A stretch of DNA of 26,948 nucleotides from Pseudomonadota bacterium (lineage in GTDB: Bacteria; Desulfobacterota; WTBG01; JAPLJA01), in NCBI GenBank assembly GCA_026388815.1, contig JAPLJA010000079.1, positions 1-26,948 on the forward strand, given 5' to 3'. Each line of letters begins with the position of its first letter. Position 1 is the first letter of the stretch. Made by a program: the position numbers and the translations under genes. Positions 17,476 to 26,232 of the stretch are shown one piece after another. The notes beneath the pieces were generated by a model. That model was not told the origin of the DNA. It made no database searches and was given only the letters and a program-made list of their open reading frames with translations.

Positions 17476-17796
17476 TTTCCTGTTTGTTCCTTTGGGCTTA
17501 CCGAACCTGCAGGTGCTGCATTCTGATTTATCGCAGTGTTCCAGGCTGAGCCTGGGTTCCACATCCTGGCTGCACTGATACAGGGAACCGAGCGCAGGTT
17601 CCTCAACAAGGCTGAAACTGCATTCATCCTGCCGGAAGACCAGTAACTGTTTCCTGCACCGTGTACACTCATACTGCCGGAAGACCCACTCCTTCTTTGC
17701 GGGGAAGACCATTTCTTCCAAGCTAACACTCTTCCAGAGGATCTCTGCATCACAGTGGCAGCAACAGTTGTTCCAGGAAATCAAAGGGTCAGTCAT
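17461..17796 (-). CDS. Cys-rich hypothetical protein (several CxxC-type pairs; possible zinc ribbon)
   Basis: ORF with CCCHC, CTRC, CDKSEC and CSTCRF clusters. Overlaps the cupin 3' end by 15 nt. Coding status uncertain. Confidence 0.25.
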   Translation of the reverse strand: MTDPLISWNNCCCHCDAEILWKSVSLEEMVFPAKKEWVFRQYECTRCRKQLLVFRQDECSFSLVEEPALGSLYQCSQDVEPRLSLEHCDKSECSTCRFGKPKGTNRKSRSR

Positions 17797-17820
17797 TATT
17801 TCCTTTTCAAGGCAAAAAAA

Positions 17821-17895
<75 letters not shown>

Positions 17896-17899
17896 TCAA

Positions 17900-17974
<75 letters not shown>

Positions 17975-18085
17975 CCTTTTTTCAGACACCGGACTACAGA
18001 CCTTAGACACCAGACCTTTTTGGTCATTCCCTCACCAACAGTCTGATGTCTGGAGTCTATAGCCTAAAGTCTGAATCATAGAAGT

Positions 18086-19030
18086 CTATGGTCTAATGTC
18101 GGTATTTGTATCCTGTACGGATTTCACGCACCGAAACCCGATGACATAACTCTGGGTCTCAGGCAGGTTCTTTCCTCTTTCGCCACATCTCTGGAATTTA
18201 GCCGGGTTTATCCAAGAACCTCCCCGGTAGACCCTGTAGTCCCCCTTCTCAGGGCCCTGAGGGCTGCGCGGCAGACCCTTCAGATAAACATTGGCATTAT
18301 ACCAATCGCTGCACCACTCCCAGACATTCCCCGCCATATCGTACAGGCCAAAAGCGTTGGGAGGATAACTCTTTACCGGGCGGAGGTCCTCTTTGGAAAT
18401 ATCACTCACATGGTAGTTGACAACGTTTTCATCAATCCCCTCTCCCCAGGGATGACTCTTGCTTACCAGACCACCCCGGGCTGCGTGTTCCCACTCGGCC
18501 TCTGTTGGGAGCCTTTCCCCTGTGTAATCCGCATAAGCCTTTGCATCATCCCAGCTTATTAGAACAACCGGGTAATCGGCTTTCCCCTCCGGGTAGGTTC
18601 CATTCCTCCAGTTATACGGCGCGGCCCATTCAGCGTCCACAAAAGGAACCCGGTGGCCGGTACCATCCACGAATTTCTTGTATGCCTTATTGGTAACTTC
18701 ATGGACATCAATATAATAAGCATCGATATCCACTTCATGCTGGGGGGTTTCATCCTCGTCGCCCTGGTCTTTCGGGCTTCCCATTATAAATTTTGAAGCC
18801 GGGATGAAAACCATCTCTATCCCGTCTTTTTCCACCATCCGCTTTAGGTTCCCTTTTACCACAACGGTATCGGGCTTACGGGCAGGGGCCAGGGTTTTCA
18901 GAGACTCGAGGAGATTGGTAAACCTTTCTTTAAAGTTCTTACCCTTGCCGGTAAACAACGGCTGCACAATAAAGAATACCAGGATCATGATGATGGTGGC
19001 AATGGGGAAGAATCTGGTTTTCTGAGACAT
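18086..19030 (-). CDS. FGE-sulfatase (SUMF1/formylglycine-generating enzyme) family protein with an N-terminal TM anchor
   Basis: YRVYRGGSW, GFRCV, WEWCSDWY and DYPVVLISWDDAKAYA motifs are typical of the FGE-sulfatase domain. Confidence 0.8.
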   Translation of the reverse strand: MSQKTRFFPIATIIMILVFFIVQPLFTGKGKNFKERFTNLLESLKTLAPARKPDTVVVKGNLKRMVEKDGIEMVFIPASKFIMGSPKDQGDEDETPQHEVDIDAYYIDVHEVTNKAYKKFVDGTGHRVPFVDAEWAAPYNWRNGTYPEGKADYPVVLISWDDAKAYADYTGERLPTEAEWEHAARGGLVSKSHPWGEGIDENVVNYHVSDISKEDLRPVKSYPPNAFGLYDMAGNVWEWCSDWYNANVYLKGLPRSPQGPEKGDYRVYRGGSWINPAKFQRCGERGKNLPETQSYVIGFRCVKSVQDTNTDIRP

Positions 19031-19188
19031 CTTTCAAATACCTCGATTACTGTAACACGGTAGCGGGCGAAAAGTCAAAAGCGGTTACGGAACAGCCAGT
19101 GATAGCTTAAGATGGTGTTCAGCAGCAACGAATTCTATACTCAACACTGAGGAGAGCCCGGAGTGGCAGGAATTTCAGAAAGAAACCC

Positions 19189-19306
19189 GCCTGAAAAAGA
19201 CCGAAGGCCGCTCCTGAATAAAACGTTTGGTCGTTCTTACGATAGAATTTACCGCAAGAGCGGGCTTCGCGTTTATGCAGATGGGCGTTTTTCAGCAGCC
19301 TGCTAA
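19189..19306. repeat. 118-bp structured intergenic repeat, copy B (same conserved ends as copy A, different core)
   Basis: Shares cctgaaaaagaccgaaggccgctcctg and cagatgggcgtttttcagcagcctgctaa with copy A. Same orientation. Lies downstream (minus sense) of the MBL hydrolase gene. Confidence 0.7.
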
Positions 19307-19341
19307 TATTGAGATTGTTTCGTCGTCCGCCAGGCGGACTC

Positions 19342-19389
19342 CTCGCAATGACATGAAAGAGGCTCTATAATCTACGTTGTCATTGCGAG
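19342..19389 (-). terminator. perfect 12-bp inverted repeat (ctcgcaatgaca / tgtcattgcgag) with a 24-nt loop, 17 bp after the MBL hydrolase stop; preceded by the gtccgcc/ggcggac hairpin at 19325-19339
   Basis: Read directly from the sequence. No U-tract, so it may be a REP-like or protein-binding palindrome rather than an intrinsic terminator. Confidence 0.3.
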
Positions 19390-19405
19390 CGGAGCGAAGC
19401 AATCT

Positions 19406-20071
19406 TTATATCAAACCAAAATAGTTTCTCTTGATTAACCTGAAATTTTCCTTAATCTCTTTCGCTCCCTGAAGAATCTCCCCATGACCGGGAAGCAGGC
19501 AGTCAATATCCAGCGTTTCCATCCGTTCGATACTCTGTTTGAGGAGCCTGCCGTTCCCTCCGGGAAAGTCGGTTCTCCCCACCCCTCCATAAAATATGAG
19601 ATCCCCGCTGACGAGGCACCGGGTATCAGGAAAGTAGAGGCAGATTGAACCGGGAGAATGTCCGGGAGTATGGTACACCTGCACATTTTTCTCTCCCAGG
19701 ATTAAATCACCATCCTTCAGGAAAAAGTCTGCCTGAAAATCTGGCGGTTCCAGTCCAAAAAGCTCAAAAAACTGCCTGCCGAAACTTTTAAACATTTTGT
19801 CTTCTTCCTGATGATAGGCTAAGAGGACATCTTTTCTCTTAAAGGCTGGATCCCCTTCACAGTGATCCGGGTGCAGATGGGTATTGATAATCAAATTGAT
19901 ATTCTTCCAGTCAAACCCATCCTCTTCCATCTGCTCTTTGAGATTTTCAGCATTAAACTTCAACCCCGGATCCACCAGGAGGTTTACCTTTCCGGTAAAA
20001 AGGTAACTGCTGCTATTATTTTCCTGCTCACTCGTCCAGGGATAAACAAACACCCCATCCTTCAACTTCAT
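19406..20071 (-). CDS. MBL-fold metallo-hydrolase
   Basis: NTHLHPDHCEGD (HxHxDH) plus downstream His/Asp ligands (HTPGHSPGS, LPGHG). GGAGA RBS precedes the start. Confidence 0.8.
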   Translation of the reverse strand: MKLKDGVFVYPWTSEQENNSSSYLFTGKVNLLVDPGLKFNAENLKEQMEEDGFDWKNINLIINTHLHPDHCEGDPAFKRKDVLLAYHQEEDKMFKSFGRQFFELFGLEPPDFQADFFLKDGDLILGEKNVQVYHTPGHSPGSICLYFPDTRCLVSGDLIFYGGVGRTDFPGGNGRLLKQSIERMETLDIDCLLPGHGEILQGAKEIKENFRLIKRNYFGLI

Positions 20072-20214
20072 CTGATCTCCTTATCATACAATAATTGAAC
20101 AGGCCCGTCTCCAATCTGAAGTGAAAAAGTTTACCGGGTTACACAAAAAATACAAGGGAATTATTGCACCCTCAGAAAAACTGCTTGACACTCTTTCTCC
20201 TCCATTGAATATAT

Positions 20215-22026
20215 ATGGCTCATATGAAGGCTTCAGCATATATCTCCTCCCGGAAAGAGATCTTTATTACCCCTTTCATTTTTTTCGCATTCCTCCTCCT
20301 CTTCTCCCGCATGAACTACGACCTGCAATCTTTTGCCCCCTCTCTGATCACAGGCATGAACAGCCTTACCGCACGTCTCTCGGCAAAGCTCCTGACCTTG
20401 TTCGCCATCAAGGCAACGGTAGAAAAAAGTTACATCCTTCTCCCCCTGCACAGCCAGATTGAAATCATCTATGAGTGTACCGGGGTCTACATCCTGCTCC
20501 TCTTTGTTTCCTTTGTTCTTTCCTATCCCACCCTCCTTTTCAGGAAAATGCTCGGGATCATCCTCGGTATCCCTCTCCTCATCATCTTCAACCTGCTGCG
20601 TATTGCAGTCCTTGGACTTCTCGAAATCTACTCGCCTGGACTCTTTGACTTCTTTCACCTCTATCTCTGGGAAGCCACCTTTATTGCTTTTGTTCTCCTG
20701 GTTGCATATTGCTGGATTACCTGGATCGCTGAGAGAACATATACGCTCCCTGAAAGGAACAAAAGATTCACAGAGCCTGTCCTGAAATTTATCCTTTCCT
20801 CAATATTCTTCTTCGTCCTCATCAGGATACTTCTCAACCCTTATGTCCTTTTCCAGCAGCATTTCCTGAAAACTATCCTTGCCTCCGACCTCCTCGGTCT
20901 CAGTACCAACATTGAAATTTCAGTCTATAACGGAGTGATGTGGTTGAAAGAAGAGCGCGGGACCAGCCAGTCCATCCTATTGACCCACCTGATCTTCAAT
21001 CTTGTGCCTTTCCTCGCGTTAACGATGATTCTCCGTTTGCGTCCCTTCCAGAAGATTATCAGCATGACAGGCGGGGTATTCCTGATGGTCATCTCTCATA
21101 CCTTCTGGCTCACCCTGGTTGCCGTCCGGGTCATCACTTCCACACCGGGCATCCTCATGGCCCTTAACATCTATCAGATGTTCAACATCGCCCTTCCCGT
21201 CCTCCTCTGGATTCCGCTCTTATACATCTCCCGGAGGGGATCAGGGGGAGAAGGGCAGAGAGAATGGATCCACGCACCCTCTTCGCTCAAGCCCGAAGGA
21301 TCTGTCACATATCCCGGATTATTTTCTACGATATGCTACCTCCTCCTGGGAGTCGTCTCACCGCTCCTGCTCCTCCTTTCAGTCTTTAAGGTCAATCTCG
21401 GCTATTTCGTCGCCTTTATGATCTGGTTCCTGGGGGTTACCCTCATCCTTCCTGAACCTCCGTTTATCCTTCAGTTCAAAGACTGGAAAAAATTCATCCT
21501 TCTTACTCTCTTCCTGTTCTGGCAGATTCCTCTTACCGCCTCTACGCTCATCTATGTACCTTCACACCAGAGGGTAGGTCTGATTCATCCATCAGGAAGA
21601 CTCACCGTGCTGGAGGACGGTGCGCATTTCAGTCTGCCTTCTACAGGGAAAAAGATCCTCTTTGAGTTATCTTCCCGTTCTTTCACCTACCCTGTTCTCG
21701 CCTACAGCGAAACCGGGGGAAAGGTGATCGATGCTGAAGCAAGAGTTTACTACCGTATTACACCCCAAGCGAACTTTCAAAAGATCTGCAGCGAACTGGG
21801 GAAGAATATGGGGGAGATAGACCAGGGCGTGTCATCATTATGCCGGACTGCGACCATCTGGACGCTCTCGAGAAGTGGCTACTTAAAAGACTGGCAGAAA
21901 CGTGGCGCTGCAGACATCTTCCATTCCCAGATTCTTACTCAGGCCCAGACCTTCTTACAAGAATACGGCATCGTCATCGAGAAGGTTGAGTTGACCAACA
22001 GGGAAGGGGCGAAGGTAAAGCTCTAA
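20215..22026 (+). CDS. exosortase/archaeosortase-family polytopic membrane protein with extra TM helices and a C-terminal SPFH/band-7-like (or EpsI-like) soluble domain
   Basis: N-terminus has sortase-family signatures: IIYECTGVYILLL (Cys motif), IIFNLLRIAVLGLL (Asn-x-x-Arg) and FFHLYLWEATF. The C-terminal 170 aa resembles an SPFH domain (ARVYYRITPQANF...LQEYGIVIEKVELTNRE). Confidence 0.45.
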   Translation: MAHMKASAYISSRKEIFITPFIFFAFLLLFSRMNYDLQSFAPSLITGMNSLTARLSAKLLTLFAIKATVEKSYILLPLHSQIEIIYECTGVYILLLFVSFVLSYPTLLFRKMLGIILGIPLLIIFNLLRIAVLGLLEIYSPGLFDFFHLYLWEATFIAFVLLVAYCWITWIAERTYTLPERNKRFTEPVLKFILSSIFFFVLIRILLNPYVLFQQHFLKTILASDLLGLSTNIEISVYNGVMWLKEERGTSQSILLTHLIFNLVPFLALTMILRLRPFQKIISMTGGVFLMVISHTFWLTLVAVRVITSTPGILMALNIYQMFNIALPVLLWIPLLYISRRGSGGEGQREWIHAPSSLKPEGSVTYPGLFSTICYLLLGVVSPLLLLLSVFKVNLGYFVAFMIWFLGVTLILPEPPFILQFKDWKKFILLTLFLFWQIPLTASTLIYVPSHQRVGLIHPSGRLTVLEDGAHFSLPSTGKKILFELSSRSFTYPVLAYSETGGKVIDAEARVYYRITPQANFQKICSELGKNMGEIDQGVSSLCRTATIWTLSRSGYLKDWQKRGAADIFHSQILTQAQTFLQEYGIVIEKVELTNREGAKVKL

Positions 22027-22173
22027 ATGGCAGGCAACGGGCGTGATGCATGGGGGGCAAGGGTCAAGTAGCAAGGGGCAAGGAAATACTTGACCCTAAG
22101 ACCCCTGACCCTACGACCCTTGACCCTACGACCCTTGGTACTTCATAATCCCTTGAACTCTATTAGATTCAAG

Positions 22174-22202
22174 TTGTCAACCCCCTGAAAAAGATTTATA
22201 CT
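22174..22202 (+). promoter_or_regulatory. sigma70-like promoter upstream of tatA/B (TTGTCA-N17-TATACT, with a second TATAAT 6 bp downstream)
   Basis: Hexamers read directly from the sequence, 33 bp upstream of the tatA/B ATG. Confidence 0.45.
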
Positions 22203-22234
22203 TTTTACTATAATTACTTCTGCATGAGGAATGT

Positions 22235-22672
22235 ATGGGCAATCTCGGAATGCAAGAACTCCTTCTTATCCTCGTCATAGCCCTGCTGGTCATCGGGCCT
22301 AAAAAACTGCCTGACCTGGCAAAGGCGCTGGGCAGGGCATTCGCTGAATTCAAAAGAGCGACTGAGGACTTAAAGAAGGATCTGGATGTTGAAACTTTGC
22401 TCAGGGATGATGAGGCAAAAAAGGAAAAAGGAGTCCCGGATTCAGAGTCTCCTCAAGTACAATTGGGCAGAACATTCGCTGAGATTAAAAGGACAGCTGA
22501 GGATCTAAAGAAGGGTCTGGATATTGAAAATATACTCAAAGGTGATGAAGTAAAACAGGAAAAAGGTGCTCTGGATTTAGAATCTCATCAACAGCAATCA
22601 GATTTCCAAAAGAGAGGTGATGTGACAGAAATAAAAAAAGATGGAGAAGGAAAGAAAGATTTAAATGGCTGA
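22235..22672 (+). CDS. tatA: TatA/TatB-family twin-arginine translocase subunit with an internally duplicated amphipathic segment
   Basis: N-terminus MGNLGMQELLLILVIALLVIGPKKLPDLAKALGRAFAEFKRA is the canonical TatA/B TM, hinge and APH. 145 aa. Overlaps tatC by 8 nt. Confidence 0.8.
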   Translation: MGNLGMQELLLILVIALLVIGPKKLPDLAKALGRAFAEFKRATEDLKKDLDVETLLRDDEAKKEKGVPDSESPQVQLGRTFAEIKRTAEDLKKGLDIENILKGDEVKQEKGALDLESHQQQSDFQKRGDVTEIKKDGEGKKDLNG

Positions 22673-23408
22673 GGAAAAGACATCTTTTATTTCCCACCTG
22701 GAAGAGCTCAGGAAGAGGCTCATTATCTGCATCACGGCAATTGCCGTATTTTTCACCATCTGTTGTTTTTTCGACCAGAAACTTATTGATATCCTGATAG
22801 CGCCTTTGAAGGACGCTCTTCCGCCAGGTACTCACCTCATCTTTACCGGTGTGTCCGAAGCGTTTTTTGCCTATTTAAAGGTTTCCTTTTTTGCCGGCAT
22901 TCTCTTTGCCAGCCCGGTAATACTCTACGAAATCTGGTGCTTCATCGCCCCCGGGCTCTACGATAAAGAAAAAAAGTATGTCCTCCCCTTTGTTTTTTTC
23001 TCCACCATGCTCTTCATCTCAGGAGTTATCTTTGCCTACTACATCGTCCTCCCCATAACGTACAAATTTTTTATGAGCTATACCACTGATGTGATAAAAC
23101 CCTTTCCTTCGCTCCGGGAATACCTTTCCTTTTCTTCAAAGATGCTCCTCGCCTTCGGGGTTACCTTTGAATTGCCTATCTTTATCCTTTTTCTTTCCAA
23201 GATTGGAATCCTGAGTGTCAGGACCCTTACCGCCTACAGGAAATATGCGGTCCTGATCATCTTCATCGTGGCAGCGGTAGTAACACCATCCACAGACGTA
23301 GTCAGTCAGGTCTTGACTGCTGTCCCTCTCTGGATCCTCTATGAAATCAGTATTGTACTGGTAAAGGTTTTTAATCGGAAGAAAGCGCCTCTTCAGGATG
23401 CTTCGTAA
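22665..23408 (+). CDS. tatC: twin-arginine translocase subunit TatC
   Basis: 247 aa with six TM helices and N-terminal SFISHLEELRKRLI, the TatC signature. Confidence 0.9.
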   Translation: MAEEKTSFISHLEELRKRLIICITAIAVFFTICCFFDQKLIDILIAPLKDALPPGTHLIFTGVSEAFFAYLKVSFFAGILFASPVILYEIWCFIAPGLYDKEKKYVLPFVFFSTMLFISGVIFAYYIVLPITYKFFMSYTTDVIKPFPSLREYLSFSSKMLLAFGVTFELPIFILFLSKIGILSVRTLTAYRKYAVLIIFIVAAVVTPSTDVVSQVLTAVPLWILYEISIVLVKVFNRKKAPLQDAS

Positions 23409-24012
23409 CGGTTACCAGGGCAGGACGGAGTAACCGGCCGTTCAGAAAATACCCCTTCTGGAGTTCATGAATGATTGTGCTGGCTTCATGCTCTGTGCTC
23501 TCCACCTGTTCAACCGCTTCATGGCGGGTGGGATCAAACTTCTCTCCGAGCGAAGCGTAGCTTACGAGCCCGAATTTCTTCAGGGTCTTGAGAACCTGTT
23601 CCAGGATTATCTCGATACCTTTCCTTATTGATTCAGTATCTTTCGAACTTTCTGAAGATGTTAATGCCCTCTCTAAATTATCCACTACCGGCAGGAGTTC
23701 CCTTACCAGGTCTTCATTGGCAAACTTGATGCGGTCAATCTTCTCTTTTTCAGCCCGCTTCTTGAAGTTCTCAAAATCGGCAGTGGCTCTGAGGAAACGG
23801 TCATACAGCTCTTCATATTCCTTATTCTTTTCGTCAAGCCTCTTCTGCAACTCGTCAACGGTGAGGGCTTCTTCCCTGATTTCCAGTTTCCCTGTTTCCA
23901 CTCTTTGCTCATTTTCAGCGCTTTTTAGGGGCACCTCTTCAAGGGGGAATTCAACAGCGAAATCTTCCCTATCGGCATTGTCCACATCAGACGCGTCTCG
24001 TTTCTTCTTCAT
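23371..24012 (-). CDS. grpE: nucleotide exchange factor GrpE
   Basis: Coiled-coil N-terminus, then ELYDRFLRATADFENFKKRAEKEK and C-terminal GYFLNGRLLRPALVTV, which are GrpE hallmarks. Confidence 0.9.
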   Translation of the reverse strand: MKKKRDASDVDNADREDFAVEFPLEEVPLKSAENEQRVETGKLEIREEALTVDELQKRLDEKNKEYEELYDRFLRATADFENFKKRAEKEKIDRIKFANEDLVRELLPVVDNLERALTSSESSKDTESIRKGIEIILEQVLKTLKKFGLVSYASLGEKFDPTRHEAVEQVESTEHEASTIIHELQKGYFLNGRLLRPALVTVTKHPEEALSSD

Positions 24013-24027
24013 ACTATGGATTTCTCC

Positions 24028-25077
24028 TCAATATTTCATTTCCAGGATTTTACTGATCAGTTTAGCCGTGTAATCCACAATAGGTATGATCTTACAGTAC
24101 TGAATCCTGGTTGGACCGATAACGCCCAGTGTCCCGAGCACCTGTTTCCCGCGGGAAAAAGATGAGGTAATCAGGGCACAATCCTGCAACTCGGGGAGTT
24201 GGTTTTCGGAGCCAATAAAGATCTGCACCCCTTTTGCAACCAGGGTTTTATTCAAGAGCTTCACCATTCTGCTCTTCTCCTCAAATGTATTAAAGAGAGC
24301 CCTCATCTTCTCTATTTCTGTAAATTCGGGATAATTAAAGATATTGTTCTTCCCCTCAATATATACCTCAGCTTCCTCTTCCTCGTAGAGGGCCTGCTCG
24401 CCCAGCTTCAATGCCTTGGACAGGAGCTCATCGTACATGGCCTTTTCTTTTGTCATCTCCTCAATGAGCTTCTCTCTCACCTCCTCGAGGCTCAGGCCGG
24501 CAAAGAGTTCATTCAGGTAATTGGTGTACCGGTTAAGGTCATCCTGGCTGATGTCCTCTTCTGCCTCGATGATCTTATTCTGTACGATCCCTGATTGAGA
24601 AACGAGGATCACGAGGACCCTGCTCTCGCTGATCTTCAGGAACTCAAGGTGCTTCAACACGGTACTGGTAAATTTAGGAGCCATGATGATGCTGATATTC
24701 TGAGAAAGCTTGGAAAGTGCCAGAGAGGTCTCCTTCATGATATCTGATACATCCATGGTGGAGATCTCATACTTTTTCCTGATGTACTCCTTCTCGCCCC
24801 GGGTAAGCTCCCTCATCTCCAGGATGCTGTCCACGTAAAACCTGAACCCTTTATCGGTAGGGATCCTCCCTGCCGAGGTATGGGGCTGATGGAGATAGCC
24901 CATCTCCGCCAGGTCTGCCATCACGTTTCTGATAGTGGCTGAGCTGAGCTCGAGATGGTATTTCTTGGATATCCTTCTGGAACCGACAGGTTCAGCGGTC
25001 AGGATATATTCATCAATTAAAGACTGAAGGATCTGTCTGTCACGCTCGTTCAGGAAATCTGACATCCCGTTTCGCAT
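24028..25077 (-). CDS. hrcA: heat-inducible transcription repressor HrcA
   Basis: N-terminal winged-helix LTAEPVGSRRISKKYHLELSSATIRNVMADLAEMGYLHQPHTSAGRIPT is characteristic of HrcA. 349 aa. Lies upstream of grpE. Confidence 0.9.
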   Translation of the reverse strand: MRNGMSDFLNERDRQILQSLIDEYILTAEPVGSRRISKKYHLELSSATIRNVMADLAEMGYLHQPHTSAGRIPTDKGFRFYVDSILEMRELTRGEKEYIRKKYEISTMDVSDIMKETSLALSKLSQNISIIMAPKFTSTVLKHLEFLKISESRVLVILVSQSGIVQNKIIEAEEDISQDDLNRYTNYLNELFAGLSLEEVREKLIEEMTKEKAMYDELLSKALKLGEQALYEEEEAEVYIEGKNNIFNYPEFTEIEKMRALFNTFEEKSRMVKLLNKTLVAKGVQIFIGSENQLPELQDCALITSSFSRGKQVLGTLGVIGPTRIQYCKIIPIVDYTAKLISKILEMKY

Positions 25078-25181
25078 CCCTTATATTTCACGAACCTGGC
25101 TTTATTTTATCACACTCTCTTTCCCCTGATAACATTTTTTAACTGTAAACCAACCTGCTGTCAAGATAAACGCTTTTCATT

Positions 25182-25264
25182 CAGAATACAGAATACAGAA
25201 TCCAGAAGTCAGAATTAGGCAATAAAAAACATTCTATATTCTGACTCCTGTCTTCTGTCTTCTT
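25182..25264. repeat. array of degenerate heptamers (cagaata x2, cagaatc, cagaagt, cagaatt) followed by their inverted copies (tattctg, tcttctg x2), forming an extended imperfect palindrome in the hrcA-miaA divergent region
   Basis: Read directly from the sequence. The palindrome is centred near 25227. Confidence 0.6.
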
Positions 25265-25290
25265 TGACAACGATCCTCCTCCAGGCTAAG

Positions 25291-26229
25291 ATGAAAAGCA
25301 TGCAACGTTCGCCCCTTATCATCCTGGTTGGCCCGACCTGTGCCGGAAAATCAGAACTTGCCCTCTTCCTTGCTATGAAGTATCAGATGGAGATCGTCAG
25401 CGCTGACTCTCTTCAGGTTTATCGCTACCTCGACATTGGTACGGCCAAACCTTCCTTGAAAGAACGTAACAACGTGAGACACTACCTCATTGACGTTGTA
25501 GATCCTGACGAGGAATTCAGTGCTGTGCGGTTTATGGAACTGGCCCGGGAGGTGATTGACTCATTCATCAGGGAGGGTACATCTATCCTGGTGGTCGGAG
25601 GAACCGGCCTCTATATCAAGGCATTAACGAAGGGTATCTTCCGAGGACCGGCAGCAGATGAAAAGTTAAGGAGTGAAATTAAAAAGGACTTACAGAAGCT
25701 GGGGAAAGAATATCTTTACCAGCGGCTCAAGGAGGTTGATCCCGCGAGTGCGTCCCGCATCCATCCGAACGACACCTACCGGATCATGCGGGCACTCGAG
25801 GTCTATGAGCTCACTCAAAAGCCTATGTCCTCATTTCAGTCAAGCCATGCCTTCAGGGAATCACCCTACCGCTCCGTGAAGATCGGCATAGAACGGGAGC
25901 GAAAGGAGCTCTACCAGAGGATTGAAAAGCGGGTTGAGCAGATGATAGAAAATGGCCTAGTCGAGGAAGTAAAAGGCATCCTGAAAAGAGGTTACGATCC
26001 TGACTTAAAACCCCTGCAGAGCCTGGGTTATAAACAGGTAATACAGTATCTCCAGGGCGAATATGAACTGGATGAGACTATACGGTTAATCAAGAGGGAT
26101 ACCAAGCGGTATGCCAAGCGGCAACTCACCTGGTTCAAGGGCGACCCTGAGGTTGAGTGGTTTACCCTGCCGCAGGATGCGGAAAGGATTGAAGAAAGGA
26201 TCAAAAACGCGACGGATAATGACGGCTGA
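25291..26229 (+). CDS. miaA: tRNA dimethylallyltransferase MiaA (start could be 25264, 25291 or 25300)
   Basis: LIILVGPTCAGKSELAL P-loop, DSLQVYRYLDIGTAKPS and RQLTWF motifs. TTGACA (25264)-N17-TAAGAT lies just upstream of ATG 25300, allowing a short or leaderless 5' end. Confidence 0.85.
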   Translation: MKSMQRSPLIILVGPTCAGKSELALFLAMKYQMEIVSADSLQVYRYLDIGTAKPSLKERNNVRHYLIDVVDPDEEFSAVRFMELAREVIDSFIREGTSILVVGGTGLYIKALTKGIFRGPAADEKLRSEIKKDLQKLGKEYLYQRLKEVDPASASRIHPNDTYRIMRALEVYELTQKPMSSFQSSHAFRESPYRSVKIGIERERKELYQRIEKRVEQMIENGLVEEVKGILKRGYDPDLKPLQSLGYKQVIQYLQGEYELDETIRLIKRDTKRYAKRQLTWFKGDPEVEWFTLPQDAERIEERIKNATDNDG

Positions 26230-26232
26230 TTT

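Noticed and set aside
20233-20785. Acidic (141 aa, minus) and Ser-rich (108 aa, plus) ORFs overlapping the exosortase-like gene
   Set aside because: Their composition is low-complexity and they are embedded in or overlap a long TM-rich CDS with clear family motifs. They are frame artefacts.
23588-24073. 161-aa Ser-rich ORF antisense to grpE
   Set aside because: It is the opposite strand of a highly conserved gene. Its serine-rich product comes from the GA-rich coding strand of grpE, and it has no start context.
25107-25132. Canonical CIRCE operator upstream of hrcA
   Set aside because: Only the outer TTATCA/TGATAA halves match the consensus and the inner GAGTG half-site is missing. It is reported as a degenerate candidate only.
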